This document shows positions 30,708 through 38,577 of a DNA stretch of 38,577 bases, piece after piece (positions within the stretch are counted from its first letter, which is position 1; every line of letters begins with the position of its first letter). The notes under the pieces are model-generated. The model was not told the DNA's origin. It made no database searches and was given only the letters and a program-made list of their open reading frames with translations. A program made the translations under genes and the position numbers. This stretch comes from a bacterium (lineage in GTDB: Bacteria > Patescibacteriota > Minisyncoccia > Phycocordibacterales > UBA5272), in NCBI GenBank assembly GCA_023267475.1, contig JAHFND010000001.1, positions 1 to 38,577 of the forward strand. Direction: 5' to 3'.

Positions 30708-31766
30708 ATGAACTACGATACAGAGCTCGATGATTTGATTATGACTCTTGTAAAAGAAGCAGGATCAGACCTTCACTTAACAGCTGGGTCTTTTCCAACT
30801 CTTAGAGTTTCTCGTGACCTTATTCCTCTTACTAGAAAAAAAGAATTAACAGCTGAAGACACTTTAGGATTTTTGCGCTCTATGGTTGGAGAGAAGACTT
30901 TGACTAATTTTGTTGTTAGCCAAGAATTAGATTTTTCTTATGAACACAAGAAAGAATATCGTCTGCGTGGTAATGCGTCATTCCAAAGAGGGGTGATATC
31001 TATAGCACTTCGTCTTATTCCTAAGGTTAAATCTATCGCTGAGTTAAATCTTCCTGATCAAATAATAGCTATAGCCCGTGAAAGACAAGGGTTCTTTCTA
31101 GTTGTCGGTCCAGTAGGACAAGGAAAGTCCACCACTCTTGCTTCTATGATTGGTTTGATAAATTCTGAAGCTAAGCGTCACATAGTTACTATCGAAGATC
31201 CAATAGAATTTCGTTTTGATCAAGATAAATCTCTTATTGAACAACGTGAAGTAGGAGTGGATACAAAAGATTTTAATACAGCATTAAATCATGTGTTTAG
31301 ACAGGACGCAGATGTGATCATGATAGGAGAAATGCGTGATAAAGAGACAATCGCAGCAGCAGTTACAGCAGCTGAGACAGGACACTTAGTATTTTCTACT
31401 ATTCATGCGAACTCAGCTGCTCAGACTGTAGATAGAATAATAGATAGTTTTCCTTCAGATCAGCAGGATCAGATTAGACTACAGTTAGCTTCTTCATTGA
31501 TTGGAATCTTATCGCAGAGATTAGTGCCTCGTGTATCTGGTGGTCTAATTCCTGCTTTTGAACTTCTACTTAATACTCCTGCAGTATCGAATCTTATTCG
31601 TGAACGTCGCACACATGAAATAGATGTGATTATTGAAACTGGATCACAAGATGGGATGATAGATCTCGATAGAAATCTCGCAGAATTAGTAAGAAAAGGA
31701 GAAGTTACAAAAGATGATGCAAGAAGTTTTGCACGACGTCAGAATATTTTCGATAGACTTATTTAA
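30708..31766 (+). CDS. pilT: Type IV pilus retraction ATPase PilT
   Basis: 352 aa. Walker A GPVGQGKSTT, DVIMIGEMRD, and the AIRNLIRE-like motif AVSNLIRERR. Confidence 0.92.
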   Translation: MNYDTELDDLIMTLVKEAGSDLHLTAGSFPTLRVSRDLIPLTRKKELTAEDTLGFLRSMVGEKTLTNFVVSQELDFSYEHKKEYRLRGNASFQRGVISIALRLIPKVKSIAELNLPDQIIAIARERQGFFLVVGPVGQGKSTTLASMIGLINSEAKRHIVTIEDPIEFRFDQDKSLIEQREVGVDTKDFNTALNHVFRQDADVIMIGEMRDKETIAAAVTAAETGHLVFSTIHANSAAQTVDRIIDSFPSDQQDQIRLQLASSLIGILSQRLVPRVSGGLIPAFELLLNTPAVSNLIRERRTHEIDVIIETGSQDGMIDLDRNLAELVRKGEVTKDDARSFARRQNIFDRLI

Positions 31767-31774
31767 TAAAAGGT

Positions 31775-32992
31775 ATGCTTTTTCACTATACAGCGATACA
31801 AGGAGATGGAACAAAAGTAGAAGCAGAAGTAGATAGCTATTCTCTTGATACTGCGATAGATCTTTTACAAAAGCGTGGGCTTAGTATTGTGGATATAAAA
31901 GAAAAAGCAGATGTAACAAAGTTACAAATACTTACAGGATTTTCATTCTTTAAGCCAAAAGTACAACCAAAAGATATTGTTATTTTTTCTCGTCAGATTG
32001 CTACACTTTTTCAGGCAGGTGTCTCTGCTCTTAAAGCATTTAGATTGCTTGCATCAGAAAATGAAAGTAAAGCTCTACAAATAGAACTTACTCATGTAGC
32101 TGATGATATTGAGGCTGGAGTTTCTTTATCTGATGCGTTGGGTCGCCGTCCAGAATTATTTTCTACTTTTTATATAAATATGGTCAAAGCTGGGGAGGAA
32201 AGTGGAAAATTAAATGAGACCTTCTTATTCCTGGCTGATTATTTAGATCGCGATTATGAACTACACCAGAAAGTAAAAAAGGCTCTTACGTATCCCGCTT
32301 TCGTTATAGGTACGTTTATAGTTATTATGGTTGGAATGTTTAGTTTCGTTATCCCTAAGATGGCCGCTTTATTTGCTGATAATGACGCCACACTTCCTTT
32401 GGTTACTAGAATAGTTTTGTCTATATCAGATATATTTGTTAAGTACGGTCCTATTACATTCCCTGTGATCATAGTCGCAGGATGGTTCTTTTATAGATGG
32501 ACACAGACAGAAGATGGTATTCGTAAAGTTGATGAGTTTAAGATGAAAGTACCACTACTTAAAACTTTGTATCAAAGAATATTTTTAACACGTTTAGCAG
32601 ATAATATGAATACAATGCTTACAAGTGGCGTACCGATTGTTAAATCTATAGATATTACAGCAGCAGTCGTTGATAATTTAGTTTTCAGAGATTTGTTACT
32701 TAGAGTATCTAAAAAGGTTCAAGGAGGTACTGCTTTTTCTAAGGCTCTCTATGAAGAACCTCTTGTTCCTAATATTCTTATACAAATGGTTCATATAGGA
32801 GAAGAGACGGGGGAAATTGGTTATATTCTAAAAAATCTTGCTACGTTCTATAAACGTGAATTAGATACTAGTATAGATAGTATGATTGGTCTTATCGAGC
32901 CTGCCATGATTGTAGGGCTTGGAGTAGGAGTGGGAGTCCTTGTTTCTTCAGTGCTTTTGCCAATGTATACTCTGTCTTCTTCTATCAATTAG
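31775..32992 (+). CDS. pilC: Type IV pilus platform protein PilC (GspF family)
   Basis: 405 aa with two GspF repeats and three TM segments. Confidence 0.9.
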   Translation: MLFHYTAIQGDGTKVEAEVDSYSLDTAIDLLQKRGLSIVDIKEKADVTKLQILTGFSFFKPKVQPKDIVIFSRQIATLFQAGVSALKAFRLLASENESKALQIELTHVADDIEAGVSLSDALGRRPELFSTFYINMVKAGEESGKLNETFLFLADYLDRDYELHQKVKKALTYPAFVIGTFIVIMVGMFSFVIPKMAALFADNDATLPLVTRIVLSISDIFVKYGPITFPVIIVAGWFFYRWTQTEDGIRKVDEFKMKVPLLKTLYQRIFLTRLADNMNTMLTSGVPIVKSIDITAAVVDNLVFRDLLLRVSKKVQGGTAFSKALYEEPLVPNILIQMVHIGEETGEIGYILKNLATFYKRELDTSIDSMIGLIEPAMIVGLGVGVGVLVSSVLLPMYTLSSSIN

Positions 32993-33070
32993 TTTCTTAT
33001 CCCCATATTATCTTGTTATGTGTTAGTTCCGGGATTATACTTATATACATCTACTAAAAGATAGAAAATT

Positions 33071-33712
33071 ATGTCAAACACAATTATGAAAAAAGGATTA
33101 CGTGGTTTTACGCTTATTGAGCTCTTGGTGGTTATTGCTATTATTGGGCTTCTTTCCACTGTGATTGCAGCGCCAATTACCCAAGCTAGAAAAAAGGGAC
33201 GAGATGGTAAGAAAGTAGCTGACATGCGAGAAATAAACTCAGCACTTCAGCAATTCGCTGATGACAATGCTGGGACTTATCCTGATGACTTAACAGGTCT
33301 TGTTCCAAGATATTTGTCTACACTTCCTACAAATGCCGCAGCAGCAGCACTTGCTAAAGATAAGTATATGTATGTACCTTATATAGATTCTTTGGGTAGA
33401 AATGTAGGTTATCACCTAGGTGTTAAACTCGAAGCTACAAACTTAGCTCTTGGTGATGATAGAGATTGTACTGGAGCTGGTACAATATCTGCAAACGCAA
33501 AATGGTGTATCGATACGTCTGTAAGTCAAGGTGGTACAGTAACTGCTGGTGTTGGAAATGTCGGATCTACAGGTTTTGCAAATGGCGATTTACCAACAGG
33601 TACTTCTGCTTTGACTAATGACTTTTTAGGAGGAATGGATACTGCTACAACTAATTGTGGAGCAGCTATATCAGGTTCAGCAGCTGTTTGTGTATACGAT
33701 CTAACTAACTAG
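33071..33712 (+). CDS. Type IV (major) pilin with class III signal peptide
   Basis: KKGLRG|FTLIELLVVIAIIGLLS prepilin cleavage/methylation motif with Glu+5. 213 aa, with Cys residues in the C-terminal half. Confidence 0.88.
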   Translation: MSNTIMKKGLRGFTLIELLVVIAIIGLLSTVIAAPITQARKKGRDGKKVADMREINSALQQFADDNAGTYPDDLTGLVPRYLSTLPTNAAAAALAKDKYMYVPYIDSLGRNVGYHLGVKLEATNLALGDDRDCTGAGTISANAKWCIDTSVSQGGTVTAGVGNVGSTGFANGDLPTGTSALTNDFLGGMDTATTNCGAAISGSAAVCVYDLTN

Positions 33713-33721
33713 TTTCTCTTC

Positions 33722-34495
33722 GTGTTTTACGTTCTATTCTTTATCTTTGGTGCGTCTATTGGAAGTTTTGTTCAAGTAGTTGTGACACGACTTAACGTCG
33801 CTCCTATAATAAATGGACGAAGTAAGTGCCTCTCGTGCGGAGAGGCACTTCGTGCATTTGATTTAGTTCCATTGTTTTCTTATCTTTTTTTAAAGGGTAA
33901 GTGTCGTTATTGTAATACTGCATTCGGATCATCATCGCTTTATATAGAGTTATTTTACGGGAGTATATATGTACTATTGTATAACTTTATTCTACTTGGG
34001 CAGCAGTCACTACTTGTTTCTTCTTTATGGCTTGTATATTACACATTTCTTTTTATAGTTATGGGTGTTATCGCACTTTATGATTTAAAGCATACTTATA
34101 TTCCAGTTTTTTATTTGATGGGGTATTTGGCGTTATCACTTATAATGCTTTGTTTGAGATACTTACAAGATGGAACAAGTGTTACTCTTATAGCACCACT
34201 AGTTGTTTCTATGCCATTTATGATTCTTTGGGTAGTATCACGTGGTAAGTGGCTTGGTTTTGGCGATGTGATTTTATTTTTAGGAGCGGGAGCATTTTTT
34301 GGTATAGAGCAGGGGTTAGCTGTGTTACTTATTTCGATATGGATGGGAGCTATAGTAGGAGTGGTCAGATATTTATATTTAGGTGAAGGAATAAGAAATA
34401 AATCATTACCTTTCGTACCTTTTATAATGATTGCATTTCTTCTCGTATTGTTCACAGACTTAGATATTTTTTCCCTTCTTTCATTGTTTGCTTAG
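33722..34495 (+). CDS. pilD: Prepilin peptidase PilD (A24 family)
   Basis: 257 aa from a GTG start. Cys pairs CLSCGE..CRYC. Polytopic, with the GFGDV aspartyl-protease motif. Confidence 0.88.
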   Translation: MFYVLFFIFGASIGSFVQVVVTRLNVAPIINGRSKCLSCGEALRAFDLVPLFSYLFLKGKCRYCNTAFGSSSLYIELFYGSIYVLLYNFILLGQQSLLVSSLWLVYYTFLFIVMGVIALYDLKHTYIPVFYLMGYLALSLIMLCLRYLQDGTSVTLIAPLVVSMPFMILWVVSRGKWLGFGDVILFLGAGAFFGIEQGLAVLLISIWMGAIVGVVRYLYLGEGIRNKSLPFVPFIMIAFLLVLFTDLDIFSLLSLFA

Positions 34496-34510
34496 TGATA
34501 CTATTACCTC

Positions 34511-35170
34511 ATGGCTTCCCCCTTATTTAGTCGTGTATCAGTACGAGGTTTTACTCTAGTAGAATTGTCTATATGTCTTGCGATAATGGGGTTTATGATG
34601 GCTATTTTACTTTATAAATATCCAGAGACAGCAACACGTCTTTCTCTGGCAAATGCTACACATACTACAGCATTACTTGTTCGTGAAGCACAAGTAAGAG
34701 GGAGCGCAGTTGACTCAGTAAATAGTTCTTTGGGTGGATATGGAGTTTACATAGATCTCTCATTGCCCAATCAATTAAAATTATTTGGCGATACTGTAGA
34801 CTCTAATATAGCTAAACCTTACGGAGTCTTCGTCGGTGATGGTTTGTATCAGACTTCTCCTGTTGATGAGACGAAAGTAACAACTACATTTCCAAATGGA
34901 TATGTAGTCGCTAAAGCCTGTATCAAACCTCAAGGTCAAAATAATTTTGTTTGTAATAGTGATTATTCTCCAGTTATACAAACTTTAACTATTTCTTTCA
35001 CTCGTCCGAATCCACAGCCTACGATATACATAAATGGTTCTAAGAGTACAAATTTTTCTGCAGCATGTATAGAGCTTCATTCGCCTAGTTATCCTTTGGT
35101 TGGTCACTATCGTTCAGTTCTTGTTTATAATTCTGGTGTTATACGCACTCAAGTGATACCTTGTAATTAA
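34511..35170 (+). CDS. Minor pilin / pseudopilin
   Basis: VRG|FTLVELSICLAIMGFMM prepilin N-terminus. 219 aa. Confidence 0.8.
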   Translation: MASPLFSRVSVRGFTLVELSICLAIMGFMMAILLYKYPETATRLSLANATHTTALLVREAQVRGSAVDSVNSSLGGYGVYIDLSLPNQLKLFGDTVDSNIAKPYGVFVGDGLYQTSPVDETKVTTTFPNGYVVAKACIKPQGQNNFVCNSDYSPVIQTLTISFTRPNPQPTIYINGSKSTNFSAACIELHSPSYPLVGHYRSVLVYNSGVIRTQVIPCN

Positions 35171-35172
35171 TT

Positions 35173-35811
35173 ATGAAAAGTTTTACTTATTTTAAAATAA
35201 AAAATGGATTAAGAGGATTTACTCTAGTTGAATTATTGATTAGCATGGCTATATTTACTTCTGTTATAACTATTGCAACAGGTGCTCTATTTTCAGCTCA
35301 GGCAATCAATGCAAGATTAGAACAGACACAATTAATTTTAGATGGGGTTAATCAAGCGGTTGAAGTCATGGCGCGTGATATTCGTTATGGATCGGATTTT
35401 CATTGTGATACAGTGATTCCTTCATCGTCTGTACCTTCTAACAGTGTGAGTTGTCCATATTCAAATGGTGGAAGTGTTATTGTGTTCAAGCCAGCGGTTC
35501 CACTTAGTGGTTCTACTCTTCCAGACAGCGATAGGATATCTTATTATTTATCAAATGGTGTTATATATAAAGATGAGTATAAAGAGGGGAATATATCAAA
35601 TAAGATAACTTATCAAATCACACCAAGTGATGTAAATATTTCAAACTTAAGTCTTTATGTGAATGGGGCTGAGGATACAACTAGTGGTAATCTATCTCAA
35701 CCTTTAGTTACATTAGTAGTTTATGGTCTCACAACTCCTGCTCGTAAGAATGTTCAACCAGTACAATTCACAGTGCAGACGAGTATATCAGCTCGAGCTC
35801 TTGATATTTAA
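35173..35811 (+). CDS. Minor pilin / pseudopilin
   Basis: LRG|FTLVELLISMAIFTSV prepilin N-terminus. 212 aa. Confidence 0.8.
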   Translation: MKSFTYFKIKNGLRGFTLVELLISMAIFTSVITIATGALFSAQAINARLEQTQLILDGVNQAVEVMARDIRYGSDFHCDTVIPSSSVPSNSVSCPYSNGGSVIVFKPAVPLSGSTLPDSDRISYYLSNGVIYKDEYKEGNISNKITYQITPSDVNISNLSLYVNGAEDTTSGNLSQPLVTLVVYGLTTPARKNVQPVQFTVQTSISARALDI

Positions 35812-35816
35812 AATAT

Positions 35817-36491
35817 ATGAAAAATAATTTCTTTAAAAAATATAAAAGCGTAAGAGGATTTACTCTGATAGAAACACTTGTTTCAGTTCTTATTATTACT
35901 ACAGTGGTGCTTGGCCCACTTACTGTTGCTTCAAATGCTTCGGCATATGCAAGACAGACAAAAGATACAATGACTGCTGTATACCTTGCACAAGAGGCAC
36001 TAGAACTTTTACATCATCAGCAGGATTCTGTATATCTTGATTGTCAGTCTCAGACTAGTGTGAACTGTGTTCCTCTAAATGGTGAGACTCCTTCTCAAGC
36101 GGCATGGAGAATATTTAGAGATAGATTAGGGTACAATTCTAGGGGGGTATCATGTTATGTTAGTGATAGTCCATCTGGATGTGCTTATGATTTTATAGAT
36201 TTTGGGACTGATGAAACAATAAGTCCTACAAAATATTCAATCTACAGTTCATCATGTTCAACTCTCTCAATAAGTCCGAATCATACATACGTATGCTTAG
36301 GTGCTCATGGCAATGGCTTTAAATTAACTTCATTTTCTAGAAAAGTTTTAGTTAATTCTATAAAAACATTTTCTGGTGGAGATGAAGATTATAACGATGA
36401 TTTAAGAGCGACAGTAACTGTTTCTTTCAAGAGACCAAATGGTTTTACGAAAAATATAAAAGTCGTAGACTTCTTACACGCTAGAGCATAA
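35817..36491 (+). CDS. Minor pilin / pseudopilin
   Basis: VRG|FTLIETLVSVLIITTV prepilin N-terminus. 224 aa. Confidence 0.8.
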   Translation: MKNNFFKKYKSVRGFTLIETLVSVLIITTVVLGPLTVASNASAYARQTKDTMTAVYLAQEALELLHHQQDSVYLDCQSQTSVNCVPLNGETPSQAAWRIFRDRLGYNSRGVSCYVSDSPSGCAYDFIDFGTDETISPTKYSIYSSSCSTLSISPNHTYVCLGAHGNGFKLTSFSRKVLVNSIKTFSGGDEDYNDDLRATVTVSFKRPNGFTKNIKVVDFLHARA

Positions 36492-36492
36492 T

Positions 36493-37122
36493 ATGAAATT
36501 ATTAAAATATCTAAAACAAAAGAAAAATGAAAGAGGATTTATTTTACCCCTTACACTTCTTGTCTGTTCAATAATTTTAACTGTCGCGACAGGAATTTCT
36601 GTAATTCTTATAAAAGAATTGTATTTTTCAAAAGTCTCTCGTGATAGTCAGCTCGCTTATTATTCAGCAGATACTGCCATGATGTGTGCTGTTATGATAG
36701 ATGGAACTTACATTGATCCGTCGACGGGTTTAGGTATTTTCCCATACGGCGCTGCCACAGATCCACAGTCTGAAATGTCTGCAGTGTTGGATAAAGTAAA
36801 CTTACAGCGTCAAGAACGTAATCTCTCTAATATCTTTTTATCAGATATAAAATGCGCAACTTCTGCAATTTTTGATCAAACAATCTCTGGATTTAGTTCT
36901 GTTGCTTTTTCAAGAACTAACTCAGCAGGTCAAGTAGAGATGGGAAAGACTTCTACTTTTAATATGCGAATGGATTTAGGTGATGGTACCGTGCGTTGTG
37001 CCACAGTTCTTATATCTAAAACAGATAAATATAGACAAATTATTGCTAGAGGGTTTGCTGGATGTGATGGTCAAGCTCGTAATATTGAAAGAGCTATTAT
37101 CAATACTACAGAAGTAAAATAA
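36493..37122 (+). CDS. PilX/GspK-like minor pilin lacking Glu+5
   Basis: ERG|FILPLTLLVCSIILTV. A hydrophobic N-terminus without the conserved Glu, as in PilX-type tip pilins. 209 aa. Confidence 0.65.
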   Translation: MKLLKYLKQKKNERGFILPLTLLVCSIILTVATGISVILIKELYFSKVSRDSQLAYYSADTAMMCAVMIDGTYIDPSTGLGIFPYGAATDPQSEMSAVLDKVNLQRQERNLSNIFLSDIKCATSAIFDQTISGFSSVAFSRTNSAGQVEMGKTSTFNMRMDLGDGTVRCATVLISKTDKYRQIIARGFAGCDGQARNIERAIINTTEVK

Positions 37123-37124
37123 AT

Positions 37125-37245
37125 AAATTAATAAAACTTTTTATCTACTTTGTCGTCACGAAATTTTTCTCATTCAATGTAGGATTATTACATTTTCTTC
37201 AAAAAATTCCTATGCTTCGCGTATATAAAGCAGTTTTATTAATTT
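37125..37245 (+). repeat. Nested-palindrome intergenic repeat, copy F
   Basis: Starts 3 nt after the stop at 37122. Perfect 14-bp outer arms aaattaataaaact / agttttattaattt. 5' box tatctactttgtcg. Centre aatgtag-gatta-ttacatt. 3' box ttcgcgtatat. Confidence 0.8.
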
Positions 37246-37300
37246 ACAATGAATTCTGTTTTAGCCCTTATTTACAAGTGTTTTATGGTATAATGTGTAA

Positions 37301-38577
<1,277 letters not shown>

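Overview
AT-rich, gene-dense bacterial window of about 38.6 kb. It looks like a small, reduced genome; a Patescibacteria/CPR-like origin is my inference from gene content and expression signals, not from any search.

Left two thirds: housekeeping genes (tag, M3 peptidase, typA, DUF192, RNase P RNA, murJ, lepA, glutaredoxin, hsp20, valS, SET-domain protein, secA, murF, mscL, an MBOAT pair) and five tRNAs.

Right third: comFC plus a complete secretin-less type IV pilus/competence-type locus (pilM, three bitopic proteins, pilB, pilT, pilC, pilin, pilD, four minor pilins), then ligA, cut by the window end.

Features the gene list does not explain:
1. A family of 115-126 bp nested-palindrome repeats sits at the 3' ends of six genes. 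Boxes are conserved, inner stems covary, and outer stems are locus-specific.
2. Two related composite structures lie next to tRNA genes. Each carries a copy of the tRNA T arm split by a hairpin of the same family.
3. A roughly 185 nt block of about 50% G+C (333-520) looks like an unassigned structured RNA.
4. A type II tRNA has anticodon ACU.
5. Native genes lack Shine-Dalgarno sequences and place a -10 box a fixed 9 nt (or 6 nt) before the ATG. This suggests near-leaderless mRNAs.
6. A few tRNA-adjacent genes break that rule: a GC-rich GGDEF cyclase, a secreted protein and a Trp-rich 45-aa peptide. They carry canonical -35/-10 boxes and/or SD sites (both in the first two, a strong SD in the peptide) and look foreign.
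7. A SET-domain methyltransferase lies next to a 26-aa lysine-rich micro-ORF.

No CRISPR array, transposase, integrase or recognisable defence genes were seen.
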